Of a DNA stretch of 64,000 bases, positions 9,447-19,150 are shown one piece after another (the stretch's first letter is position 1; each line of letters opens with the position of its first letter). Location: positions 207,466 through 271,465 of the forward strand of contig CAWILO010000005.1 of the NCBI GenBank assembly GCA_963836955.1. The letters are read 5' to 3'. The position numbers and the translations under genes were made by a program. The stretch comes from an uncultured delta proteobacterium. GTDB taxonomy: Bacteria; Desulfobacterota; Binatia; Binatales; Binataceae. The notes below the pieces were generated by a model, which was not told the origin of the DNA, ran no database searches, and saw only the letters and a list, made by a program, of their open reading frames with translations.

Positions 9447-10472
9447 TCAGGTTGCGCCGTTGGGAGGACGTAGCCTGACCCGCGGATTCACGCACCATCG
9501 CGGCACGCGGCCCTCGAACACCGACAGGATATTGTCCACCGCCATCGCAGCCATCCTCGCGCGGGCAGTGATGCTCGCGCTGCCAATGTGAGGCGTGACT
9601 ATAACGATCTCGAGGCGCAGCAGCGGATCGCTGGAGGCGATCGGCTCGGGATCAGTCACGTCGAGACCCGCGCCGGCCAGACGGCGCGATTTCAGCGCCG
9701 CAATCATCGCAGCTTGATCGACGACCGCGCCGCGCGCCGTATTGATTAGAATCGCGCCGGGCTTCATCAGCGCGAGCTCACGCGCGCCAATCAGGTGGCG
9801 CGTCTTCGGCGTCAGCGGCACGTGAATCGATACGTAGTCCGATTCGGCCAGCAGGCGACGCAGACTGACGCCGACGGCGTCAGCAAGTTCGTTCTTCAGA
9901 GGCGGTGTTCGCTTACTCGATCGATGTTTGAGATAGCGCACGCGCATCCCGAAGCCAATCGCGCGCCGTGCCATCGCCTGCCCAATTGCGCCAAACCCGA
10001 CGAGCCCGAGAGTGCCGCCATGAATGTCTCGCCCAAGCATCGTCATCGGTCCCCACGTGCGCCAACTACCCGCGCGCACGTGACGGTCGGCCTCGGCGAT
10101 TCGCCTCGCGGTGGCCATAAGGAGGCCGAAGGCAAGGTCCGCGGTGGCCTCGGTCAGGACTCCGGGAGTGTGACCGACCGCGATTCCCGCGCGCGTCGCG
10201 GCGTCGATATCGATATTGTCCACGCCGACGGCCAGGTTGCTGACGACGCGCAGCCGCGGCGCGCCCGCTATGATGCGAGCGTCGAGCTTGTCGGTGACCA
10301 TCGAGAGTATCGCGTCGGCGTCTGCCAGCGCGTTTCGTAGCGCTGCCGCTGGCGGCGGCATCTCGCCCGGCCACACCTCAACTGAGGCCGCGGCGCGAAG
10401 CCGGTCGAGCGCGGCGTGATCGATCGCGCGGGTGACGAAGACTTTTCGGTGCAGGCGGGCGGGACGTGGCAT
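9447..10472 (-). CDS. D-isomer-specific 2-hydroxyacid dehydrogenase (glyoxylate/hydroxypyruvate reductase-like)
   Basis: NAD-binding motif GLVGFGAIGQAMARRA and catalytic region (INTARGAVVD; VTPHIGSAS). Start set at MPRPARL; the longer ORF would overlap the neighbouring gene. Confidence 0.8.
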   Translation of the reverse strand: MPRPARLHRKVFVTRAIDHAALDRLRAAASVEVWPGEMPPPAAALRNALADADAILSMVTDKLDARIIAGAPRLRVVSNLAVGVDNIDIDAATRAGIAVGHTPGVLTEATADLAFGLLMATARRIAEADRHVRAGSWRTWGPMTMLGRDIHGGTLGLVGFGAIGQAMARRAIGFGMRVRYLKHRSSKRTPPLKNELADAVGVSLRRLLAESDYVSIHVPLTPKTRHLIGARELALMKPGAILINTARGAVVDQAAMIAALKSRRLAGAGLDVTDPEPIASSDPLLRLEIVIVTPHIGSASITARARMAAMAVDNILSVFEGRVPRWCVNPRVRLRPPNGAT

Positions 10473-10506
10473 GCGGTAGGGTATCTCCGACGGTTCAAAT
10501 AGTTCT

Positions 10507-12702
10507 TTGGCTCTGCTATACGCGACAAGCGTGAGTGACTCCATCGTTTCATCGGTAATATCGTCGGCTCGAGCGAGCGGGCGGTCGGTTCTCACTGAAA
10601 TCGAGAGCAAGCGAATCCTGCATGCTCTCGGCCTGCCGGTCGTCGTGCCGGAGGTGGCAGCCACACCCGACGACGCCGTGCGGGCAGCGTCGCGAATCGG
10701 ATTTCCGGTAGTGCTGAAAGTCCTTTCGCCGGATGTGAGTCACAAGAGCGACGTCGGCGGTGTCGAGTTGAATCTCGAAAGTGAGAGCGCAGTTCGTGAC
10801 GCGTTCGAGCAAATCCGTGGCAATCTCGCCGCGAAGGCTCCTGGAGCAGGCTTCGGAGGCGTTGCCGTCCAGCCCATGGCGAAGAGTGGCATCGAGCTGA
10901 TCGCAGGGACGTTCCGCGACGACCGATTCGGCCCGATGGTTATGGTGGGGCTCGGCGGTGTGATGGTCGAAGTGATGAAGGATACGGCGCTGGCACTGGC
11001 GCCGATTGGCGGCCGCGAGGCGTCGCAGATGCTCAGGCGGCTCCGAGGCGCTCAGATTCTGCAAGGTGTGCGCGGCCAGCCAGGAGTCGATAACGACGCG
11101 ATCGTATCGCTGCTCGAGACCGTCTCGGGAATCGCCTGGACGCATCCGGAAATCGCCGAGATGGATCTCAATCCGGTCGTCGCGTACGAGGACGGACTCG
11201 CGATCCTGGACGCGCGAATCGTACTCGCCGCGGGTCCGTCCGGGACGCTGCAGCCGGACCCGAATCGCGCGGCGCGGCTGAAAAATCTTGAGCATGCGTT
11301 CAACCCGCGCACCGTCGTGGTTATCGGCGACAAGCGGATGGGCGGATACATGTGGCTGCGCGCGATGGCGCATCTGAAGGGCAAGCTCTACTCGGTCCAG
11401 ATCGATCCCAACGAGATACCTGGAATCGAGGCGATGGGCGTGGAGAATCGCAAGAGCCTTGCCGAGATCACCGAACCAATCGATTACGCGGTCAGCGCCG
11501 TCCCGCGGCAAATCGCCCCGCGAATTTTGAAGGATTGCGTTGCCAACCGGGTCGGCTCGATAGGATTTTTCACCTCGGGATTTTCAGAAACGTCGGAGGA
11601 GCTTGGAATCCGCCTGGAATCCGAGCTGCGCGATATCGCCGTCAACTCGGAAATTGCGCTGGTTGGCCCAAATTGCATGGGCTTGTACAGCCCGGGCGCC
11701 GGACTGTGCAATTTTCCCGAGGAGAAAGTGGGCGACGCGGGCGATGTCTGCTTCATCTCGCAAAGCGGCACGCACACGATCAACTTTTGCCTCCAGGCGC
11801 CAACCCACGGGATCACGGTCAACAAGGCCGCGTCGATCGGCAACGTTCTGGTACTCGAAGCGGCGGACTATATCGATCTGATGGCAGCCGAACCCGCGAC
11901 TCGCGTGATCGGGATGTATATCGAAGGGGTGCGCGACGGGCGGCGCTTCTTCGACAGCGTCAGGCACGCAGCCGAGAGTCATCCGGTCGTCATCTGGAAG
12001 GGCGGAGTGACCGAAGCGGGCGCACGCGCGACGTTTTCGCACACTGGGTCGCTGGCGACGGCCGAAGCGACCTGGCGTACCGTCGTGCGGCAAAGTGGCG
12101 CGGTCGAGGTGGTGAGCCTCGACGCGATGCTCGACGCGGTCCAGCTGTTCGCGCGCGCCAAGCGCATTGGTGGCAAACGGATGGGCCTGGTTGCGATGAC
12201 CGGTGGCCAGTCCGTCGTAATCACCGACACGTTTGCGACGGCGGGGCTCGAAATTCCGACGCTATCGGAGTCGTCCTACGACGAGTTGAAAACGTTCTTC
12301 AACATAATCGGCGGAAGCTACCGCAATCCGCTCGACGCGGGCGGCACGATCGGCGCCGGGCACCATCAGGGTAACCTCGAACGCATCCTCGAGATTCTCG
12401 AGCGCGATCCTGTAATCGACGCGATCGTGCTGGAGGTCGGCACGGGGCTGCGCGCGGCGCGATGGACCACGCACGAGGACGAGATCACGGGGCTGCTCGA
12501 TAAGCTGGCGGATTTTGCACAACGCTCGACCAAGCCGTTCGCTATCGTGATGCATCCTGCGCACGTCGAGACGATCGTCGCGCGGGGCAAGGAGCTTGCG
12601 CGCACGCGCGGGCTGGTCGTGTTCGACAGTTTCGAGCGTGCCGCAGCAGCGTTCCGGACGGCAGCAGACTACTGGACAAATCGAGCCCGTCTGGGCAGTT
12701 AA
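10507..12702 (+). CDS. ADP-forming acyl-CoA synthetase (NDP-forming acetate--CoA ligase family), fused ATP-grasp then CoA-binding/ligase-CoA domains
   Basis: 731 aa. N-terminal ATP-grasp (SKRILHALGLPV..VVLKV..DVGGVEL). CoA-binding (RTVVVIGD) and ligase-CoA regions (ISQSGT; FSHTGSLA) follow. Confidence 0.75.
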   Translation: MALLYATSVSDSIVSSVISSARASGRSVLTEIESKRILHALGLPVVVPEVAATPDDAVRAASRIGFPVVLKVLSPDVSHKSDVGGVELNLESESAVRDAFEQIRGNLAAKAPGAGFGGVAVQPMAKSGIELIAGTFRDDRFGPMVMVGLGGVMVEVMKDTALALAPIGGREASQMLRRLRGAQILQGVRGQPGVDNDAIVSLLETVSGIAWTHPEIAEMDLNPVVAYEDGLAILDARIVLAAGPSGTLQPDPNRAARLKNLEHAFNPRTVVVIGDKRMGGYMWLRAMAHLKGKLYSVQIDPNEIPGIEAMGVENRKSLAEITEPIDYAVSAVPRQIAPRILKDCVANRVGSIGFFTSGFSETSEELGIRLESELRDIAVNSEIALVGPNCMGLYSPGAGLCNFPEEKVGDAGDVCFISQSGTHTINFCLQAPTHGITVNKAASIGNVLVLEAADYIDLMAAEPATRVIGMYIEGVRDGRRFFDSVRHAAESHPVVIWKGGVTEAGARATFSHTGSLATAEATWRTVVRQSGAVEVVSLDAMLDAVQLFARAKRIGGKRMGLVAMTGGQSVVITDTFATAGLEIPTLSESSYDELKTFFNIIGGSYRNPLDAGGTIGAGHHQGNLERILEILERDPVIDAIVLEVGTGLRAARWTTHEDEITGLLDKLADFAQRSTKPFAIVMHPAHVETIVARGKELARTRGLVVFDSFERAAAAFRTAADYWTNRARLGS

Positions 12703-12785
12703 ACTCGCCTCAGAGCTAGACAGTGGCGTCGCTCCTTGCTGCGTGTTGCTGACTGCGTTGACAGCGCGGCGTAGTCCCCCAAGAC

Positions 12786-13985
12786 TTGGCATCTGAGGTG
12801 CTGAATATGGATCGGCTCATATCCGAAGATGCGCAGCCCTACTTCGAGAAGGTGCAGAAAATCGCGCCGATAATTCGCGAGCACGCCGATCGTGCCGAGC
12901 GCGAGGCACAGATGCCGCGCGAGGTCGCCGATGCGTTCCACAACGCCGGGTTGTTTCGAGTTTTACTTCCGCGCGAAATGGGCGGCGGGGGTCTGACGAT
13001 GCCCGACGTGATGCGGCTGTGCGAAGAAGTCGCGCGTATCGACGCATCCGCCGGATGGAATCTCGTAATATGCTCGGGCGGTCCGATATTTGGACAAAAC
13101 CTCTCGCGCCGGGCATTCGAAGAGATTTACGTCGATCCGCGTGGCGTCACCGCCGGTTCGCTGAATCCGATGACCAGCCAGGTATCGGCGGTCGAGGGCG
13201 GATGGCGTTTCAGCGGAAAGGCAACCAACGCCAGCGGCTCGGCTCACGCGACCTATCTGATGGCGACGGGAATTGTCCTCCACGACGGCGCGCCAAAAAT
13301 TGTCGATGGGTTCCCCCAACTGATTGCGGGGATGTTTCCTATCACGCATGCAAAGATATTGAACACCTGGTCCACCGCCGGGATGCGCGGTACCGGCAGC
13401 AACGATTGCGTGTTCGAAAATGTCTTCGTTCCCGATGAATTCACCTTCGATTGGCTCAACGCGAAGTCGCTGTGGCAGCGCGGTCCGCTCGGCAACATCC
13501 CATTGCAGCTGCTGATGGCGGGCAGCCTGGTAGCGCCGATCTTCGGTGCGGCGCGCCATGCGCTCGACACGCTGAACGAGATTGCGCAGGCGAAAGTCCC
13601 GGTGGCCAGTCGCGGCACATTGCGTGAGCGCCCAATCGCACAGACCCAGTTCGCGCAAGCGGAAGGTCTTCTTCAGGCGGCGCGTGCATATTTCTACAAT
13701 TCCAGTGAAGAGATCTGGCGCAAGGGAGAGGCCGGCGAGAGCTTCAGCGTCGAGGACCGAGCGCATGCGCGGCTCGCAGTAGTTACCGCTGCGAAGCTGG
13801 CGGTGCAGGCGGTTGATCTGGTCGCGGATGCGGCCGGGATGAGTTCGGCGCAAACCTCGTGTCCCATCGAGCGATGCTGGCGCGACGTGCACACCGCCTC
13901 GCAGCACGTGCTGATGAACACGTCCCGTTTCGAGGTGGTGGGACGCGTACTGTTCGGACTGGATCCAGGTTCGCCGGTGATCTGA
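12786..13985 (+). CDS. acyl-CoA dehydrogenase-fold flavin-dependent monooxygenase (HpaH/HsaA-like)
   Basis: 399 aa with an ACAD-like N-terminal/middle/C-terminal fold pattern. No CoA-binding signature, which is typical of group D flavin monooxygenases. Confidence 0.6.
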   Translation: MASEVLNMDRLISEDAQPYFEKVQKIAPIIREHADRAEREAQMPREVADAFHNAGLFRVLLPREMGGGGLTMPDVMRLCEEVARIDASAGWNLVICSGGPIFGQNLSRRAFEEIYVDPRGVTAGSLNPMTSQVSAVEGGWRFSGKATNASGSAHATYLMATGIVLHDGAPKIVDGFPQLIAGMFPITHAKILNTWSTAGMRGTGSNDCVFENVFVPDEFTFDWLNAKSLWQRGPLGNIPLQLLMAGSLVAPIFGAARHALDTLNEIAQAKVPVASRGTLRERPIAQTQFAQAEGLLQAARAYFYNSSEEIWRKGEAGESFSVEDRAHARLAVVTAAKLAVQAVDLVADAAGMSSAQTSCPIERCWRDVHTASQHVLMNTSRFEVVGRVLFGLDPGSPVI

Positions 13986-14015
13986 CCTGTTCCCTCGAAC
14001 CGTTGGCTATGAAAA

Positions 14016-15410
14016 CTACCGGGGCGGGGCGAGCACCGTCATCACCGTGCCCATCGTCGCGTCGCCATCCAGGAATGCCAGCCATCGACCTCTCAGCGAC
14101 CAACCCATCGTGACGATGCCTTGCGCGGGACCGGCGGCCAATAGAAACGCGCTGTCGTAGTGAAGCGAGTAGGTCACGATTTTTCGCCATGGCACCGGCT
14201 TGCTCGGCGCATAGATTTGCATCGCGGCTTCGTCCGCTCCCTTCGAATAGGCCATCGTGCTCTGCGCGAGCATTTCCGGCACCGTGTCGAAGCCGAGAGA
14301 TTTTACATCGACCTCAGCCTGGTCGGGTTTCGCTACTGCGACTTGCGCGAGCATCGCTGTTTCGGGCATCTCGAGCGCGCGCTTGAAGGTAAGTTGCTGA
14401 TTGCCCAGCGTGACGATAGCGCCGCCAGCCGCGAATGATGCAGCGCCCGTCGACACTCCCATCAGATGTTCGTCGCCGGTCGCGATGTTGTACCTCCAGA
14501 TGGCGATCGTATGGCGAGTGGGGTCAGGCCCGACGTAGAGGAATGAACCCTCGTCGTCCTTGTCCCAATCCAGCACGTGAATGGGCTCGCGCACGTGAAA
14601 CCGGGTGCAGGTCGAGTTGCGGCGGTCGAGGATAACCGGCGGGGCGTCCGCGTCGCCCTGGCCGACCGCATAGACACCATGCGCGCTCCAACTGAGCGCC
14701 GACATCGGGCATGAGAACTTCACCGGCGCGACGGAGCCGGCGCCCGAGACGACGATCAACTGCAATCCGTCCGCAGGAGTTGGCGGCGGATCGACGTCAG
14801 CTTGATCCGGATCGGACTTGGGCGCCTCTTCAGCAACGCCGGGTTCCGGGGGAGGTTCAGGATGGCGTCGCAGCGCAAGCGCGATCGTCGCATTGCTCAG
14901 CCAACTCATCGAGATGGAATCGTAGTGGCCGTTGAAGCTGGCGATCACGTTGCCGGGCCCGCTGGCGATCAGGTCGCGAACGACTACATCGACTCGACTG
15001 CCACCGCCGGCGACCATTGCAGTCGCAAGCGTCAGGCCGTCGGGGTTCGCAGCGACGTCAGCAATGGTTCCCTCTTCGGCCGCGCCCGGCCCCGTCTCGG
15101 CGGCCAGGATACGGCCGGTCCGCCACTCGGCGCCTCCCAGGCCGTACATAATCGTGTGGCCACCCTGCGTCCCGATGACGCCGATCTCTTCGCCGTTCTG
15201 CAGCCAGATTGGCGGGTGCGTCGGAATCGGCGCAAATCCCTGCGGCATCCCAACGTTGGTCAGCACCTTGATGCCGTTGGTGACCTGAAGCGTGGTCGAG
15301 CGCGCGAGAAACGGCGGCGGCCCCGGTTTGGGCGCATCCGCAGTCGTGGAGCATGACGCAATGCTCACGGCAGTCAGAGCAAGAATCCAGATGAGGACAG
15401 ACCTGAGCAT
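14016..15410 (-). CDS. hypothetical lipoprotein
   Basis: Signal peptide with lipobox (LTAVSIASCS). 464 aa, Gly/Ala-rich, no recognisable catalytic motif. Confidence 0.5.
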   Translation of the reverse strand: MLRSVLIWILALTAVSIASCSTTADAPKPGPPPFLARSTTLQVTNGIKVLTNVGMPQGFAPIPTHPPIWLQNGEEIGVIGTQGGHTIMYGLGGAEWRTGRILAAETGPGAAEEGTIADVAANPDGLTLATAMVAGGGSRVDVVVRDLIASGPGNVIASFNGHYDSISMSWLSNATIALALRRHPEPPPEPGVAEEAPKSDPDQADVDPPPTPADGLQLIVVSGAGSVAPVKFSCPMSALSWSAHGVYAVGQGDADAPPVILDRRNSTCTRFHVREPIHVLDWDKDDEGSFLYVGPDPTRHTIAIWRYNIATGDEHLMGVSTGAASFAAGGAIVTLGNQQLTFKRALEMPETAMLAQVAVAKPDQAEVDVKSLGFDTVPEMLAQSTMAYSKGADEAAMQIYAPSKPVPWRKIVTYSLHYDSAFLLAAGPAQGIVTMGWSLRGRWLAFLDGDATMGTVMTVLAPPR

Positions 15411-15462
15411 CGAAAAGCGATAGTGTATTTGGAGCGATCAAAAAAGGCGACCGATTCAGCAG

Positions 15463-17280
15463 ATGAAGAACCCGTTCAAAGAACGATTGTGGATAAGCCG
15501 GGAGGTTCGACTCGCGATTGTCGTCGCGATTCTGTGCGCAGTCGGCGCGGTCGCGTGCGCCGCCGGCGACTGGAAGGCGGGAATCGCCATCCTGGGAATC
15601 GCTGCGGCCATGGTTGCGGCGTTCTGGTTTGCCGTCGTCAAGCCCGCGCGAATACCACGTGGGGCAATCGTGATAGTTCGACTGGCGGGTCCGATCGAAG
15701 AGGACGTGACCAGCTCGCCCTTCGATCAGCTTTTCCGCCGAGGCGCGATGAGCCTCGACCATCTTCGCTACGCGCTCGAGTCTGCAGCCACCGACGACGA
15801 TGTTCGCGCGATCATCGTCGAGATTGGAGGATTCGGCGCCGGTCTGGCCACCGCGCACGAATTGCATCGACTGCTACGCGCCGCGCAAGCTGGCGGTAAG
15901 CGGGTGATCACGCTGTTGCGCGGCGATAGCGCCGGTCTGCGGGAATACCTGGTGGCAGCAGGGGCGGAGGAAATCGTCGCCAATCCAGACACGATGCTCA
16001 CGATGCTCGGAGTCGCGACTGGCGGCGTTTTCCTGAAGAACGCGCTCGACAAGCTGAAGATCCAGGCGCAGACGCTGCAGTGGAAAGAGTACAAGGGCGC
16101 CGCCGAGACGCTCGGCCGGGACACGATGTCGCCGGCGGTGCGCGAGAGCATGGAGGCGATCGTCGCGGACTGGGAGAAAATCCTGGTCGAGACGATCGGC
16201 TCTGCCCGGAAACTCTCTCCTGAAAAAGCGCGCGAGCTGATCGCGGCGGGCTTCGTCAGCACAAAGTTCGCCGTCGAGAATCACCTGATCGATCGCGAAG
16301 GCTATATCGAAGACCTCCGCGCTGAGTTCGATCCCAAAGCAAAGCGCAAAGTGTTCGTCAGCCTGGCGCGCTACCGGCGCCACGCAATCTTCACCCGTGA
16401 ACGCGGGCGGCGCGCACGCATCGCGCTCGTGCACGCCAGCGGGCCGGTGATCGCGGGCGAGGCGCCTGCGACCGGCGAATTCATCAGCGGTGTCGCGACC
16501 GCCGCTCAAATCGATCGCGCGTCGCGCGACGAACGCGTGAGCGCTATCGTGTTTCGGGTCAATTCACCCGGCGGCTCCGCCGTCGGCTCTGACCTGGTTT
16601 GGCGGGCAGTCCGCGAGGCGCAAGGTCGTGGCAAGCCGGTCGTCGTTTCGATGGGCGACGTGGCCGGGTCGGGCGGCTACTACGTCGCAGCCGGCGCCGA
16701 CGCCATCGTGGCGGAGCCGGCGACGATCACCGGCTCCATCGGGGTTGTGTACGCGAAGTTCAATCTCGGCAACATGCTCAATGAGCTCGGCGTCCATTTC
16801 GATTTCGTGAAAAGCGCGCCCATTAGCGATGCGATGTCGATTGCGCGCGGCATGACCGACGCCGAACTCGCGCAGCTCAATGAGACCGTCGGCCATATGT
16901 ACTCGCTGTTCACCGCCAAGGTCGCGCAAGGCCGGCGCCTCAGTCCCGAGCAGGCGGAAGCGGTCGCCAAGGGGCGTATCTGGAGCGGTCTCGCTGCGAA
17001 GGAGCGTGGACTGATCGACGAAGTCGGCGGCCTTTCAACCGCGGTTGGAATCGCACGCGATCGTGCGCACATCGATCAGCATCAGCGCCATCAACTTGTG
17101 ACCTATCGCGCCGAGCGCCGATGGATGGATTTTCGAGGTGCCAGCGCCGAGGTGTCGACGCCGTGGGCGATTCGTGCTGCGGCCGGTGCGCTCGGCATCC
17201 CCAGCCGGTGGGCCCCCGCGATGCTTGAATTACTCGTGCGAGGCGGCGTGATGCTGGTCTGCCCGTTCATCGAGCTATAG
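15463..17280 (+). CDS. sppA: signal peptide peptidase SppA (protease IV, 67K type)
   Basis: 605 aa. N-terminal TM helices and two ClpP/crotonase-like repeats with catalytic-region motifs (SMGDVAGSGGYYVA; IWSGLAAKERGLIDEVGG). Confidence 0.85.
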   Translation: MKNPFKERLWISREVRLAIVVAILCAVGAVACAAGDWKAGIAILGIAAAMVAAFWFAVVKPARIPRGAIVIVRLAGPIEEDVTSSPFDQLFRRGAMSLDHLRYALESAATDDDVRAIIVEIGGFGAGLATAHELHRLLRAAQAGGKRVITLLRGDSAGLREYLVAAGAEEIVANPDTMLTMLGVATGGVFLKNALDKLKIQAQTLQWKEYKGAAETLGRDTMSPAVRESMEAIVADWEKILVETIGSARKLSPEKARELIAAGFVSTKFAVENHLIDREGYIEDLRAEFDPKAKRKVFVSLARYRRHAIFTRERGRRARIALVHASGPVIAGEAPATGEFISGVATAAQIDRASRDERVSAIVFRVNSPGGSAVGSDLVWRAVREAQGRGKPVVVSMGDVAGSGGYYVAAGADAIVAEPATITGSIGVVYAKFNLGNMLNELGVHFDFVKSAPISDAMSIARGMTDAELAQLNETVGHMYSLFTAKVAQGRRLSPEQAEAVAKGRIWSGLAAKERGLIDEVGGLSTAVGIARDRAHIDQHQRHQLVTYRAERRWMDFRGASAEVSTPWAIRAAAGALGIPSRWAPAMLELLVRGGVMLVCPFIEL

Positions 17281-18198
17281 CGGGGAGCGCTGCAGCTCTT
17301 CGCGGATCGAGTACATCTTCTGGCGCGCCTCGGTAATGTAGCCGTCGAGGTTGCGGCGATGATTGGCGAACAGCCCGTCGGACGAGCCGTCCATCACAAT
17401 CAGCGGCTTCATGACGGCGGCCTTGCCAAGCGCGTCGATCGAATCATCGAACAGCGTCTTCAGGATCGGATCGTCCTTGAGCTGTCCGGCGTATTCGCGC
17501 TCGAGCGCGAGCATCATGTGATACATCACGTGCGCGTAACCCTGCGAGTGATAGAAATAGTGATCGCAGTCCCAGCTATGAACGGGACTGCCGTCGTCCT
17601 TGGTGGCGCGGTACAGATTCGCATGGGCGTCGCCAAGCAGGTCGGTCCAGGTCTGGATCAGGCGGATAAGCTCGACGGCCCGCGTGTTGAGCTCGCGCGA
17701 AGAGGGCGGCGTGGTGTGCAGGCCGGCGACGTATGCGCGCAGACGCTGGACGCCGTCGTCATACTTTCCTTCGGGCGACGGCAGAATCCATTTCTCGGCG
17801 TCGTTGCGAAAATCAGTGTCGGCGATCACCAGATTCGGATCGTACTGATTCGAGGAAACCTTGGTCAGGTGATCCTTGAAGATGCGTGTGGTTTCGCGAA
17901 CGGCCTGGATGATTCCAAGTTGGCGGTCGGAGTTGTTGTCCGGCCCGACTTTCGGACCCCATAGGAAGAAATCATTCGGACGCCACCCGAATCCGGTGTG
18001 CAGCTCATGATCCATGATCGCGGCGAGAGTAGAGGCGTAGATCTCGCCGGGTGGGAATGGTTTGTCGGGCGGGAAGAGCTGGTCGATGTTGTAATCGAGA
18101 TGATCGTGATGCTTCTGGCCGAAATGAAGCGCCAGGTTGCCAGCGATCCAGATGAGAAGGAGGGCCGCGGCCCCAATCAGAAGTCGGTTCCGGTTCAT
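17275..18198 (-). CDS. hypothetical membrane-anchored protein
   Basis: Single N-terminal TM helix (LLIGAAALLLIWIAG) followed by a 280 aa soluble domain. No confident family assignment. Confidence 0.5.
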   Translation of the reverse strand: MNRNRLLIGAAALLLIWIAGNLALHFGQKHHDHLDYNIDQLFPPDKPFPPGEIYASTLAAIMDHELHTGFGWRPNDFFLWGPKVGPDNNSDRQLGIIQAVRETTRIFKDHLTKVSSNQYDPNLVIADTDFRNDAEKWILPSPEGKYDDGVQRLRAYVAGLHTTPPSSRELNTRAVELIRLIQTWTDLLGDAHANLYRATKDDGSPVHSWDCDHYFYHSQGYAHVMYHMMLALEREYAGQLKDDPILKTLFDDSIDALGKAAVMKPLIVMDGSSDGLFANHRRNLDGYITEARQKMYSIREELQRSPL

Positions 18199-18256
18199 CG
18201 CAATGAAGTTTGTATCAAGGGGCGATTATTCGGAAGGAACTATATCACTGGCGCTA

Positions 18257-19048
18257 TCATGCCGCGCGCAGTGGAACTGCTGCAGCTGTGGCGCGCTTGA
18301 GCTCGTCGCGGGTGGTACCCAACTGCTTGAGAAATGGAAGCACCGCGCGAGTCAGGAACTGTCGTGGACTGATCCCGCCTTCACCAACTTTGAGATGCTC
18401 GTGGTAGTGCGGGATCAAACCGTCGCCGGGCATTTTGAAATTGGCTATCACGTGCGCGAGATCCGCCAGCGTGCCGACACGATCCTCGCTCATTTCGATC
18501 GCGATCATCTCGCGGTAGAAACCGGCGTGAGCGGCCTCGTCGCGGCTGACGAGAAAGAAAATCGCCTCGAGCGTTTTGTCGCGCTCGAGTTCGGCGCGAT
18601 CTTTCTGTGCCCGATAGGCGAGATAGGTTGCAGATTCCTGCAACGCCCCGTAGCAGCTCATCTGGCGGCGCGTTTCGAACGGAGCTTTCCACCTGCGCGA
18701 GAACACGTCGGTTTCCAGCTTGTCGAATTGCTCCTGCGTGCGCAGTCCTGAGCGGATCAAGTATTCGCGGAACACAAGTCCGTGCCGCGATTCCTCGTAG
18801 CTCCACGCATTCTGAAACCATGCCAGCCCGAACACGCCGCGCAACATCTCGTTGCCGACCGCGGTGTAGTCCGGCAAGTACATCTCCTCGGCGCAATACG
18901 TCTCGATGCGAATCGCGCGTTCTTCGGTGTTGGTGCTGGGAGAAAGCTTGTCCCAGGGCACATCTTCGAAGAGATTCCAACGGCGCTTGCGCTCCGCAGT
19001 CTCGAAGAACTCCATATAGGCGCGGTAGAATTTGTCTTTCGCAGTCAT
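18257..19048 (-). CDS. acyl-ACP desaturase-like di-iron protein (ferritin-like)
   Basis: Di-iron ligand motifs EESRHG and DEAAHAGFY, characteristic of the soluble acyl-ACP desaturase family. Confidence 0.7.
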   Translation of the reverse strand: MTAKDKFYRAYMEFFETAERKRRWNLFEDVPWDKLSPSTNTEERAIRIETYCAEEMYLPDYTAVGNEMLRGVFGLAWFQNAWSYEESRHGLVFREYLIRSGLRTQEQFDKLETDVFSRRWKAPFETRRQMSCYGALQESATYLAYRAQKDRAELERDKTLEAIFFLVSRDEAAHAGFYREMIAIEMSEDRVGTLADLAHVIANFKMPGDGLIPHYHEHLKVGEGGISPRQFLTRAVLPFLKQLGTTRDELKRATAAAVPLRAA

Positions 19049-19150
19049 CAGGCGGGAGCTAGTGGGAGCTACGCGATTTAGTGTAACAGGTGTGCGTCTC
19101 GCGACCTAGCGGAAACTGTTCTTTGTGTGACAAATATCTAGCGAACGAGG

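Noticed and set aside
9407-9447. GGGTCAGG...CCTGACCC hairpin after tadG as an intrinsic terminator
   Set aside because: It has a 22-nt loop and no T-tract, and it lies inside the 3' end of the convergent dehydrogenase gene. It is not convincing as a terminator.
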